From IMG/VR virus record IMGVR_UViG_3300030329_003145, positions 1 to 57,841 of that record: a stretch of 57,841 bases of DNA, one strand, 5' to 3'. Made by a program: the position numbers and the translations under genes. How positions within the stretch are numbered: the stretch's first letter is position 1; each line of letters starts with the position of its first letter. Under the pieces are notes generated by a model. It was not told where the DNA came from and did no database searches. It worked only from the letters and a program-made list of their open reading frames with translations. The DNA is from a virus. Lineage: Duplodnaviria > Caudoviricetes. Of the stretch, positions 1 through 10,800 are shown piece after piece.

Positions 1-83
1 TCGCCGCAGTGGTCGCCGCGAGCAAGGCGCATTGCCTGGCTCTCAAGATGGACAAACTTCTCAAGCCCCAACCGACCAAATAA

Positions 84-305
84 ATGAAACTCGTCCACGA
101 ATTCGAGAACTACCATGATTATGAAGGGCATACCCCCGATGCTAAAGGGGGTGGGGGAGCTACCGTCCGCATAACATTAGACGACAACTCGGACGCTTGC
201 CCCGTGACCGTGCTCTTCAATCTACCGGATGGCGAAGAATTGTTTGAACTTTCAAGCACCATGCCCCGCTCCACAGCCGAGAAGATCCTGAACCTGAAAA
301 AGTAA
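84..305 (+). CDS. hypothetical early protein
   Basis: 73-aa ORF in a tightly packed + strand run; no recognisable motif. Confidence 0.65.
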   Translation: MKLVHEFENYHDYEGHTPDAKGGGGATVRITLDDNSDACPVTVLFNLPDGEELFELSSTMPRSTAEKILNLKK

Positions 306-306
306 G

Positions 307-582
307 ATGCCATACCTTAACAAAAAGCACCCGCTGATGCGGATGGAACCGGACAAAGGATTCAATGCCCTCTCCCGTGAGGATGTTGCCCTGCTCAACC
401 CCGTCGAGTTCATGGGACTCTACATATGGATGGCACTGGTTGCCCCTGATACGGAGAAGCTACGGATGGCACTTGGGGAAGCTGAACGAATTGCCAAGGG
501 ACTGACTGAAAACGAAGTGCGCCGAGGCAAAGTAATTGCTCTCGATATGCACGAACATCACGGGATTGATACCCTAGACTGA
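307..582 (+). CDS. hypothetical early protein
   Basis: 91-aa ORF starting 1 nt after the previous stop. Confidence 0.7.
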   Translation: MPYLNKKHPLMRMEPDKGFNALSREDVALLNPVEFMGLYIWMALVAPDTEKLRMALGEAERIAKGLTENEVRRGKVIALDMHEHHGIDTLD

Positions 583-592
583 AGAAACCACA

Positions 593-862
593 ATGGAAAA
601 ACTAGTAGCCCCAACGGACCCCACCCTGACACTGGAGTTGATTAACAATGCCCTGGCTGTTGTTAGTTTGCTCAGAATTGACTCGGTGCGGGTAGACAAT
701 CACGATGCAACGATTGGCGTTGTGCGGGGGGTTTGCCCCGACTCAGCCCATCCTGGCTATGAAGTCGTCATGGCAATGGGCGAGGATTTATTACGCCCCG
801 AATGGAACATCATGGAGATCAGGGAATACTGGTCGGACGATGAAACCCTGCCTGAATTTTAA
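593..862 (+). CDS. hypothetical early protein
   Basis: 89-aa ORF with operon-like spacing. Confidence 0.7.
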   Translation: MEKLVAPTDPTLTLELINNALAVVSLLRIDSVRVDNHDATIGVVRGVCPDSAHPGYEVVMAMGEDLLRPEWNIMEIREYWSDDETLPEF

Positions 863-874
863 CCCCCGAACCTC

Positions 875-1708
875 ATGCCGTTAACACAATCAATTCAAGA
901 TCGCTTCGTGCAGTGGCGCAAGTCATGCCGGTGCCTCTCGCCCCAAGACTATCTCATCGAGACAGGACAGACGATGGAAGAACTCTGCGGGTTACAGGAA
1001 GACTGTTGCCCCTACGACGAGATCTTCGTCTACGACGGGGGAGTATTTATCCTGGGAAAGTCGCCCCCGACTAATCGATACAATCTGATACTGGACCGTG
1101 ACGAATACGAGTCGGGTAAGATATCGGACCTTGAGCCTATCCTGTTCGAGTGGTCCCGCGAAGACGGGTACCGAATACCTGCTGAGTTTATGAACACCGA
1201 TGCCATCCATGAGATCCACAAGTGGGAAGACTGGATGACCGACGAGTATTCGGACCCGTGCTTCCTCTACTTCCCCCACTACCACAGGCTTGAGGCGTAT
1301 CGCTACACCGAGGACCGGATGGAAGCAGTGCGCTCTCTCAACGAACGGACCCGAATCAAACTGGTCGATCACATTGGTGAACTCAAACCGGAACTGGCGG
1401 GCAACAAGGTGGGTCGCAGGCCGTTGGGGTCGTGCGTCTGGATTGCAATGAACGCGGATCTCTTTGGGGGTTATGGACTCACTGCGACCGGCTGGACGAA
1501 AGAGGAGGCGCGGAACGCATTCTGGGACGAGTATTGCCGGAAGAGTCCTGTCTGGAACCGTGACGGTCAACGGGGGTGCGAATGCCCGGCTGACCTTGAG
1601 GAGAAGTGGGGGGTCCGATATCTCCAGTATGAGATCGGTCACGGGTATTTCGGGGACGACGATGTCTCCGATAAAATTAATGAAGTAAAACTTGTCACCC
1701 GCAAATGA
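875..1708 (+). CDS. hypothetical acidic/aromatic-rich early protein
   Basis: 277-aa ORF; ATGA overlap with the next gene. Confidence 0.8.
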   Translation: MPLTQSIQDRFVQWRKSCRCLSPQDYLIETGQTMEELCGLQEDCCPYDEIFVYDGGVFILGKSPPTNRYNLILDRDEYESGKISDLEPILFEWSREDGYRIPAEFMNTDAIHEIHKWEDWMTDEYSDPCFLYFPHYHRLEAYRYTEDRMEAVRSLNERTRIKLVDHIGELKPELAGNKVGRRPLGSCVWIAMNADLFGGYGLTATGWTKEEARNAFWDEYCRKSPVWNRDGQRGCECPADLEEKWGVRYLQYEIGHGYFGDDDVSDKINEVKLVTRK

Positions 1709-2031
1709 TTCCCGTAGCCTTGGTCATGCTCCTCACCTCCGTTCCCCCCGTTGCCGGTTACATTGACGGGCAACCAATCCGCCCCTGCCTCCGCTCGGGT
1801 ATGTGCTGCCTGAAGGCAACGTGTGCTGTTGGGGTGGGTCACGGTGCGGACCCAGAGGGCAGGTGCAAGTTTCTACGGGGCGACTCTGCGGGTAGTTATT
1901 CCTGCGGCCTCGTTGATGATGGCACTGTATCGAAGGACACAATTCATGCGGGGGCGGGATGCTGTTCCCCCCTTGGTAACACTGCACGGGACAACGTGCT
2001 TAAAATTCTCCAGAACAATGCCCGAGGATAA
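1705..2031 (+). CDS. Cys-cluster protein (YkgJ/CxxCxxCC-like) with hydrophobic N-terminus
   Basis: CLRSGMCC...C...CKFL...YSCGL...GAGCC pattern; signal-like N-terminus MIPVALVMLLTSVPPVAG. Confidence 0.55.
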   Translation: MIPVALVMLLTSVPPVAGYIDGQPIRPCLRSGMCCLKATCAVGVGHGADPEGRCKFLRGDSAGSYSCGLVDDGTVSKDTIHAGAGCCSPLGNTARDNVLKILQNNARG

Positions 2032-2302
2032 TCCAGACAAGTGCTACCTCTTCATGTCCGTAGCTCGCACCATCGTGGAGTACGAGAGTGAGGAAGATCG
2101 TGATGCGGATATCAGGGGATTCAATGGGCGGAACATACCGCACCAGAAGATGAAGACGCTGGACGAAGTTCCAGAGGAGGGGATCTACACCCTGTTCACC
2201 CTGTCCGGTAAGCACTATACCATCGCCCTGGTGAAGGAGAAGACCGACCCCGAGTCATTGGAGCAGGCCGCGATGAAAATAGAAGACTCAGAAAATTTCT
2301 AA
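2018..2302 (+). CDS. hypothetical protein
   Basis: Start moved to ATG 2018 (MPEDNPDKCY) to avoid a long overlap with the upstream gene. Confidence 0.65.
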   Translation: MPEDNPDKCYLFMSVARTIVEYESEEDRDADIRGFNGRNIPHQKMKTLDEVPEEGIYTLFTLSGKHYTIALVKEKTDPESLEQAAMKIEDSENF

Positions 2303-2304
2303 CT

Positions 2305-2589
2305 ATGAAAATATACGAAGTAAAACACGTTATTGTAAGCGAGTGGTTTGATAATAAAGCAGCAGCACTAGCCGCAGTTAAAGCCACTGAGACTGAAACT
2401 ACTGGAGGGCCAATCGCCCAGATGATAACCCGCGAGATTGGAAGCGGTCGAAAAGCCCTCGTCGAGTTTCTGAATGATATGGAGAAAGAAACTCTAAAGG
2501 AGGTAGCACAAGAGACGCTTTCGGAAACCCGCACCGTGATCCGTAAGACCGCGAACAAGCCCCCCGTGCCTGATCCTGCTTACGATTGA
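2305..2589 (+). CDS. hypothetical protein
   Basis: 94-aa ORF, 2 nt after the previous stop. Confidence 0.7.
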   Translation: MKIYEVKHVIVSEWFDNKAAALAAVKATETETTGGPIAQMITREIGSGRKALVEFLNDMEKETLKEVAQETLSETRTVIRKTANKPPVPDPAYD

Positions 2590-2634
2590 TAATAAAACAC
2601 TGGTCGATCAGACGATTCTTATATAATGTTTTTA

Positions 2635-2794
2635 ACTGTCCGAGCATGGTGTGCGGGGAGATCCCGTAACGGGTTTGTTCAACTTCCCATTGAAACACTC
2701 GGACAGTGCCACCCTTTTCGTCCTCCGCAGCATGGTGTGCAGGGAGACCCTGTGACAGGCTAGCTAGTGCCTTATGAAACACTGCGGAGGACGA
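2635..2794 (+). ncRNA. tandem pair of structured RNA motifs of unknown family
   Basis: Two copies with different perfect closing stems (ACTGTCCGAG/CTCGGACAGT and TCGTCCTCCGCAG/CTGCGGAGGACGA) enclosing the shared core CATGGTGTGC-RGGGAGA...TGAAACA; TATAAT at 2622-2627 just upstream. Confidence 0.75.
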
Positions 2795-2893
2795 CCTATT
2801 TGGCGCGTGATAATTGCTTTTGCCTGGGCATTCATCCTGACTTTTTTAGGCGGCGCGGCCTTTACTTCTTGGCTTGATACTCTCCTCCCATGA
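2774..2893 (+). CDS. 39-aa single-TM peptide coupled to the helicase gene
   Basis: Translated by hand: MKHCGGRPIWRVIIAFAWAFILTFLGGAAFTSWLDTLLP; ATGA overlap with the helicase start. Confidence 0.5.
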   Translation: MKHCGGRPIWRVIIAFAWAFILTFLGGAAFTSWLDTLLP

Positions 2894-4191
2894 AAACTTT
2901 GTTCCCGAAACAGGAGGAGGCTTTTGATTTCTTTGTTTACCGACAAACGGGGGATCAGAACACGCTCGACCAGTCGGACCCAGGCACGGGGAAGACGGTA
3001 GTTGCGGTCAAGATGGCAAAGAAACTAGGCCGACCGATTGCGATCATTTGCCCCAAGGCCGTGATACCGGCGTGGAGGAAGGAACTGGAGGAGGAGGGGT
3101 TGACTGCAACCTTTATCCTGAACCTTGAATCCCTGCGGACTGGCAAGTCGGGGTATGTAACGAAGGTGGGGAAGAAGACATTCAAGTGGCTCCTCGACCC
3201 TGAGACGTTGGTCTTCGTGGACGAGATCCACAAATGCAAAGGCCCATTCACCCAGAATGCGGGGCTCCTGATCGCCTTGGTGCAGCAGGGGTACCACATA
3301 CACGGCATGAGCGGGACGAGTTGCGAAGACCCAACCGAGATGCGCCCCCTCGGCCTGATGCTGGATCTCCACAGTGGCAATGAGCGCAAGCCTGGTTACC
3401 TGCGCTGGTGGCCGTGGATGAAGGAATACGGGTGCGCGAAGAACCGATACAACGCATGGGTCTTGGAAGACCCACAGCATTTGCCGAGGTTGCGGGAGAT
3501 CATGTATGCGACCAGCACCCACCGGTTGACGGTTGATGACTTCCCTGACTCATTCAAGTTGAACCGGATATTCGTCACCCCGATGCAATTCCGGTGCAAC
3601 GACCAGATCGTAAAAGCCTACGAGGAACTCAACCTGACCCCCCAGATCATCGAGGACTTCATTGAGAAGGGGACTGTGACCGACAGTGGTCATGTCCTTT
3701 CGGATATCACACGGGCCAGGCGACTGGCAGAGAGTTTAAAGGTTCCTGATATTGCGGAGATGGCCGAGGAGATCATGGCCGATGGCAATTCGGTTGTCCT
3801 GTTCGTCAACTACAGCGAGACGGTGGACGCGCTCCAAGCTCGATTAGGCTGCGACCGGATCGACGGGCGACAATCTGCGGACGAACGGCAACAGGTAATT
3901 GACGAGTTCCAGGCGGATCAAACGCATTGCGTAGTCGTGAACTCTGCGGCTGGAGGGACGGGGATCTCGTTACACGATACGCTAGGCAACCGGCCTCGCG
4001 TGACCCTGATCACCCCGTCATTCTCATTCAAGACATATATGCAGGTTCTCGGTCGCATCCACCGGAACGGCGGGAAGAGTGACGCGATCCAGTATGTTCT
4101 AGTTGCGGACGGGTCAATCGAGGAACAGGTTATGAAGTCGGTGACGAAGCGCATGGATAACTATAACGCCCTGCATCAAGTAAAGAGATGA
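2890..4191 (+). CDS. superfamily 2 (SNF2-like) DNA helicase
   Basis: Walker A PGTGKT, DEIH, SGT, GTGISLH and QVLGRIHR motifs. Confidence 0.9.
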   Translation: MKTLFPKQEEAFDFFVYRQTGDQNTLDQSDPGTGKTVVAVKMAKKLGRPIAIICPKAVIPAWRKELEEEGLTATFILNLESLRTGKSGYVTKVGKKTFKWLLDPETLVFVDEIHKCKGPFTQNAGLLIALVQQGYHIHGMSGTSCEDPTEMRPLGLMLDLHSGNERKPGYLRWWPWMKEYGCAKNRYNAWVLEDPQHLPRLREIMYATSTHRLTVDDFPDSFKLNRIFVTPMQFRCNDQIVKAYEELNLTPQIIEDFIEKGTVTDSGHVLSDITRARRLAESLKVPDIAEMAEEIMADGNSVVLFVNYSETVDALQARLGCDRIDGRQSADERQQVIDEFQADQTHCVVVNSAAGGTGISLHDTLGNRPRVTLITPSFSFKTYMQVLGRIHRNGGKSDAIQYVLVADGSIEEQVMKSVTKRMDNYNALHQVKR

Positions 4192-4433
4192 GACACATAG
4201 TAAGAGAGTATAAGCCAAGGGGTATGCCCTTGTTGATTCAGGGGGAAGTTAGGAAAGTGCCTTCAGAAACATTCATAGAAGTAGATATGAAGAGTCTCCG
4301 CGCTTACCCTATTCTGGGGGACAAGATCCTACCGGCGGCTGATTTTCTATTAGAAGACGAAGAAGCAAAATTAATGATTGCCCAAAGGCTAGTGTCTATA
4401 GTAAAGTTAGAAAACTTTGAAGAAAATGACTGA
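4188..4433 (+). CDS. hypothetical protein
   Basis: 81 aa; ATGA overlap with the helicase stop. Confidence 0.65.
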   Translation: MRHIVREYKPRGMPLLIQGEVRKVPSETFIEVDMKSLRAYPILGDKILPAADFLLEDEEAKLMIAQRLVSIVKLENFEEND

Positions 4434-4605
4434 GCAAGAACGACAGTTCCTTCAAGACCAATTAGTCCTTTTAAAAAATTCGATGGCGGATACTAGCAAC
4501 CGCATTAAGATCATGCAGGACAAGCGGAAAGACTTCAACAAAAGGTATAAAGGAATCCGCGCCCGTTTAGTCAGAGCCGAGGCAGAGGAAGTTGCCGACT
4601 GGTAA
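4426..4605 (+). CDS. hypothetical coiled-coil protein
   Basis: ATG at 4426; heptad-like sequence. Confidence 0.6.
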   Translation: MTEQERQFLQDQLVLLKNSMADTSNRIKIMQDKRKDFNKRYKGIRARLVRAEAEEVADW

Positions 4606-4612
4606 AACTATT

Positions 4613-4834
4613 ATGGACTACAAAGACTACAAAGAAGCCGGAAAGATCCTGGACCGCGTCCAGAAAAAGTTGATGGATATTAACAACGACCCGCTGCCAA
4701 GGACCGAAGTTCAACGGTGCAGGTCACTTAATTCGACCCGTAAAAATCTGGATAAGCTACGGGCGATACTCGACCGAGGGCTCTATGCAGACAATGAAGC
4801 CTGCTCGGAGCGTCCGAATACGGTTTTCTTTTAG
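4613..4834 (+). CDS. hypothetical protein
   Basis: ATG at 4613; converges on the stop of the giant gene. Confidence 0.6.
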   Translation: MDYKDYKEAGKILDRVQKKLMDINNDPLPRTEVQRCRSLNSTRKNLDKLRAILDRGLYADNEACSERPNTVFF

Positions 4835-7800
4835 TCGGGAAGCGGGATAAATTGTTCGTCTTTCTCGGCCTCTGCCAGCAGGGCGTCGAGGCGTTTCTTC
4901 CCTCTCTCGGTCTGCATCAACCGCTCTGTCAATACGGGGTTTGGTAGGTATCTCTCTCCGTATCCTGCAAAGGCAAGCTGGACTCGGCGGTCCCCGTACT
5001 TCGCACTCCGCAGGGCGCGATACATATCGCCATCAGACATAAACTTACGGAACCCTGTCAGTGTCCGGTGCAGCCTCCCGTTGAGTCTTAGCAGACTGTC
5101 CCGCGTATCGATGTAGAGATCAGCGGCTTCTGACGGGAGCATGGCATCGTTCTGGAGCAGTTCGTTATAGCGTTGCCTGGCTCGGGTGTATTCATCCCGC
5201 ATCGCGTAAATTGATCTCTCGAACTGGCGGGCGGGATCAACGACCCTCGGGACAACAGGTAGACCCTCACTCAGAATCATACCGAGTGGCGAGTCCAGCC
5301 CCCCACCGTGGCCTCCCTCGATTGCGGCCTTGGAGGCTTCGATAACTTTAGCAGGAGTTCGAGGTCCGTAAGCCTCTTTCAAAACATACATAAGCCGCTT
5401 GCCGGTCTTCAGGGCAAACGGGTCTGTATCCTCGACAATAGGCTTATCCGTAGCCGCGTCCCGATTTTCTTTCACATCGAAAACTGCTCCCGCGAAGATC
5501 TGATCCCCGAGATAAGGATCAAAGATCGCCGTAGTAACCAGCTTCTCGAATCCTTCAATCGGTTCGCCCCTGAACAGATGCTCAGTGAAACGCATGGTCG
5601 GATCAACGAGAACCGAGAACGGGTTCATGTAAGTCAGATCTAAGCTCCGCAGCTTGCCCCCTGCTTTGAAGTAGAAGAACGTATGATTCTTCAGGTAAGA
5701 CGGGAGCGACTCTCGGAGAGCTTCGTCTTCTTCTTCCCCAATTCCACTAACGACCGTCCGCAAGAGGGTTGGGACAACCATACTGAATACACCAACAACG
5801 GATGTGAATCCGACCAAGCGTTTTACCCCCCGACGTTTTATCACTGAGTTTGAATCCGCCAGTTCCTTTCGGATCTGCTTCATAGTATTCGCGGAAATCC
5901 TCGGGATGTCCGCAGTGAACCGGATGAACGGAGCGAGGAGGAGGCCGATCCCCCCACTTGTTATCTTCTTGATGATCGGAGGTGCGCGGTCATACGACTG
6001 AGCGGTTGCAGTCACGATGTCCGCAGCCAGTTTGTCCCGCTGTGATGCGGACATATTCCTGTATTTGCCCTCTTCTGGATCGGTTTCAGCCGCTTCCTCG
6101 ATAATGGCGCGTTCGTTCTCGAAGTAGCCTATCTTATAGAACGAGTCCATTGCCGAGGCTACCCGAGCCGCCATGTTCTTTGCTTCCCGCGCCACACTTG
6201 CGGGGGTCTTCTTGTCGTTGATTACCTTGGACAATTCGTTGAGCTTTTCCTGCACACTGGTCATTGTCTCTTCTCCGCGCATCAGGCGGATCATAAGCTC
6301 TGACCGGATCTCATTGCCGAATACTCCGAGCCCTTGCAGGAAGGACAAATAGGAGTCCGTCTCAGCCTTTGTTCCACTGATAGCCCGTTTCAACATACCC
6401 TTGGCTCCGTATTCCCCGCCTTGGTAGCCAGGAATCAGGATAGCTGCACTCCCTTTCAGGAGTTTGAATGAGTTATACCCTTGCGCGGGGCCAAAGAAGA
6501 GGACGTTGGAGAGCATATTTCGCACATAGAACCCAATCGACAGGAGCGTCTTGGCCCCCATAGAGTAACCGGTGAGCTTGTGCGCGTGTTCCATGATCTT
6601 GTTAAGCCCCTGAGTCGCGGCATCATTGCCTGAACGGGTCTTCTGTTGGAACACGATCTTGAGATCTTCATAGATCTCTGGCGAAGTATACATCCCCGCC
6701 AATGGGTTGAGCCCATCGTCGGCTTTGTCCGCAGCGATCTTCTTGTATTCCAGTTTCGGGTCGAAGTTCTCTTCGTTCCTTTTTCTATTATACTCTTTAG
6801 CACTGAAAAGCCATCCGCCCTCGACTCCTTGAGCCTTAACCGCGTTAAGGAATGACTGATGCGCTGCAATTCGCGCCACTAACCCGAACGAATACAAGAG
6901 GTTGTCGATACTATCCTGCTTGAGGTTATTGGCTCCCATCAGGTTCGCCAATGGCTCCGGTATTTCTGACCGGCCTTGCAGGTTTTCAACTAGCGCACTC
7001 AACCCATTCTGACCTCGGCCAACGATTGATGCAGGAGCATCCGCGAGTTCAAACGCATTACCGAAATCACTGGCTCCGGTAGCCGTGTCGAATGACCGCA
7101 GGAACTCGATCATCATTACCTCACCGAGCGACTGAGTCCCGACCGCTTGCGCGTTGTATTGAGCTTCAGCTTCAACACGGGCGGCGTCAGTGGAGATAGG
7201 CTCCCCTTCAGCCTCTGCTTTTGCTTGGATAGACTTCGCAGTCGTGCCGATGTAGAAGTCGCGCATATACTCGATTGCCGCCATGCGGATATTAATCGCT
7301 TCTTGGGTATCCGCTTCGAGGATCATTCCCACGTAGCTCGGATCACTGAACATCTCGTATCGACGGGTGATGTAGATCCCCATGTTGGTATCGAACTTCA
7401 CACCGATATCAGCCGCGTGTTGCCCGAATGCTTGCTTGGCCGCGTCGGACAGGGAGTCCGTAAGCGCCCTTACGTTGAGGACAACCTTGTAGATCTCGTT
7501 GTGGTTATCCTTGAGGTATTGGAGGCTTTGGTTCCGCTCAGTCTTGATTACCTCAACCGCAGCCATTCGGGCGGCGGTCATGCGGCTCTCGAACTCGTTA
7601 TTTATACGTTCGATCTCCGCTTCTTGTGCAAGTCCGTTCTCTATTTTCTGTTCCTCAGTGGCTCCTCGGTTGGCATTACGAAAGTCAATGTCGGCCTGTA
7701 TTTTAGCCGCGACTTTCTGCTGATGAAGCGACTCTACAAGCTCGGGGTCTACCTGGACATTGTCCGTGGTCCCTGTAGCCTTCTGCACGTATCTCCAGAA

Positions 7801-10800
7801 CTCATCGTCCTCGGGCGGAATGTCCTCCCCGAATTCTTTTGTCAGCGCGGCTCTGTAGTCTGCGTGGAAGTTATCCAACACATCGCCACTGGACTTGATA
7901 AAGTTATCCCGTTGGCGCATGAGCCGTAGGATGACGGGGTCAGTGTCCCCGACAAACATACTCATAAACTTACCGGCCCGTTTGTATGGACCTGCCTCGA
8001 CGACGGGGATTTCCAGCAACCTGATGTAGCGGTCGAAGTCCATCAAGTCGGGGCGGAACTCAACCGGTAAGTCAGACGGCTCCCCGAAGGGGGCGAGTTC
8101 GGGACCGAGCCCTGAACCCAACCCTGTTTCGGCTGTTGAAGCCTCAACGAGCCCTTTAGATTCAGGAATATAGACGACCGCCATGTTACCAATATTGGCG
8201 ACAACTGAGTCGTGGCCTTCGGCCACTAAATCGTCAGCAAACTTGTTTTTAGCTGCTTCGGTAAGATAATCCCACGACCCCAAGCTATCCAGCCACTCAG
8301 ATTGGCTAATATACTTAGGGTTTCTAAGGCTAGTTTTCCAAGCCGCAGTCGCCCCATAAGTACCCGCATAAGACTGGCTGCTGATAAAGAAGTCATGTTT
8401 TCCACTAAGCGCGTTTGGGTCTCCCCGCCTAGAGCCGCGATACAAAACGATATTATTAACGTCGCTAGGAGGCTCAACCGCCCCGAGCCCTGAAAGAATC
8501 CTAGCCGGTCCCTGTTCAGCCTTGAGCCCCCGAAAACTGGGCCTATAAGGAGCAACTTCTTGTTCGCGTAGAACACGCGCCTTGTCTCTTATGCGCGTCA
8601 TCAACCGATCCCACCCCTCCTTTTGGTCTAACCGCCAATGGTGCATGGCGATGGTGTTCGGGTCAGACCCCAAATCTTCGAGCATTATCTTATCGGCTTT
8701 TGTCAGCCTCGCCCCCACCATTTTTGTGGCGGCTATCCAATAGTCTGCTCCCTTTTGAGTTTGTTCCTTACGGGGGGCTAAAGAAAGATCTTCGATCTGT
8801 CCCAAGGCATCCCGAGGAATCCGCGCTCCCATGAGGCCAATGGCTTGGCCCATCTCGTAATCAGAGATCCATCGTTGGGAACGTCCGGCCATGAAGTCCG
8901 ACACACCGCGCCCGTAATCCTGCTGCCTGAACAGGGACTCACCAATTGAAAGAACTTCAGTAAGGGCCGTGTTTTTGCCTGGCTCGAATCCAAGTATACG
9001 TTGGATAATTTCTACGAAACTGTCCCACGCAGACCGGTCTCCCCGCTCAACTTTTATGGTTGCCAGTTCCCTTTGGAACTGCGGGTCCATGAACGCTTGA
9101 GCAATAAATTCATCTAGGTTACCGAGAGCGTAATTAAAGCCTGCACGGGCGGTCGGGTCTGGATTACGCCTCGATACTTTACCCCCGATGGTTTTTGCGG
9201 CTCCCCCTTGGTCGATAACATGGAGATAAAGATCAATTAATTCCCTGACAGGTTGCGAAACCGCGTCACCGCTAATACCCGCTTTGCCTGTTTTGGCAAT
9301 TTTCCTTAGTGACTTTAAATACAGTTCCCCTTTGGGATTTCGTATGTGCCTATGAACTTCAAGCCATAACTTCTTAGTGGACAACGCATGAACAATCTCA
9401 TGGGCAATTGTGGAAAGACTTTCTCCGTCACTTAGGTGAATTGCATCACCACCATAACTGTAATACGCCCGCTCCAGGCGTGGGTTTACAATTACGTCTA
9501 CTGTATCAAATGCCTCGGGGAAGTCTTTTTTGAACTTGGTGATTAAGTCTATATACGCCTCGCTATTAGCCCCCCCGTAACTACCGGTAAGCTCCGAAGG
9601 TCTCGTTGCCAACGTCCCTCCTCCTAACTTTTTGTCCGCAATAGCGTCCACCAACTCCCCTATCGTCATGCTCCCATGCGTACCCCGCAGCCGGTTAGCA
9701 AAATCGGGGTCCATATCAGCGAGTTTCCTGATCCTGCCGCTGTCTTTTTCATCGTACCCCCGACGCTTATATGTCCAGCGGTCTAACGCTGTGGCCCCGC
9801 GTCCTCCCACTCCCATCATCCTTTTGTGAGCCGCTTGCGCTTCTAAGCCACGCTCGGCTAGTGCTCCCCGCCATGCTTTTTCGATGATGTCCACAAACCG
9901 TCGTTCGTCTTCGATAAGGCGACCATCATCAAAGCGCACCCCGTCGTTGGTCAGTCCTTCTATCATCCGGTCGAATTCCATCCCGTTTCCGTCCCAGAAG
10001 CCAGCCTGAAGAAAACTCTCGTATTCTTCAAACTGCTCAACCTTGCGAATGTTATCTCTCCGGTTTATTATGTCCTGTTCAAGTATATCGAGGTGATCTG
10101 ATATCCTAACCAAGATAGCTTGTCCCATCCTACTGGTGGATTCGGACGGGTCAGCCCATACCTCTTTGAAATTCTGGTAATCTTTCGGGTCACCACGGTC
10201 CCAGCCGGACAATTCAAGAAGCGCGAGCCCCTTTACTTTAGCCACAACCGTTTCTCCAACCGGCATGAGCCCTGAACCCAGAGCCCTTGGGGGTTGGATG
10301 TCAGCGTATTGGCGATTTCCCTTTTTAGATATCGGGTAAGGATTGGGTTCCCTGACCACATCTGAAAGCACGTAGCCATACTTCTTCCCCTTAGTGTCAA
10401 ACTTACTGCCTTCTTTGACGAGGTGCTTGTCTTCGTCAGCCCTGAAAGATTCGATGTCGGGGTAGACGATTGGTTCGTCTCCAATAGTCGCGTAGCCAAC
10501 GACTACAACAGGGCTTTTACCAGACCGGATAATCCCGACACGCTGCCCCAAGAATGACTTGAGTGTATTCCTTGACCGCGTCTCGATGGTTTTTTCACCG
10601 TTGAGGATCTGTTCTGTAAACGATTGGGTTCCGTCGTTTATGTAGATGCCCTTAGTTACGGGACCGAGCCCTGAACCCAGAGCCGCGCCTCCTGTAAGCG
10701 GGGGGTTGTCCAGGGTAACGTCTTCGTTCTTGGTGATGACGATGGTCGTGCGACCCTTTTTCTGAATTTTGGACCCTGTAGGGATCGTGACCGTGAACCC

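Noticed and set aside
1-87. Exact circular join of the last ORF (57269-end) into position 1
   Set aside because: Frame 1 is open to a TGA at 85-87, but frame 3 (AAVVAASKAH...PTK, stop 81-83) looks more protein-like and no terminal overlap is visible, so closure cannot be established
2635-2794. Hammerhead ribozyme or glycine riboswitch reading of the tandem RNA
   Set aside because: GAAAC is present but there is no CUGANGA core, and no glycine-aptamer CCGAAG/CUCUCAGG elements
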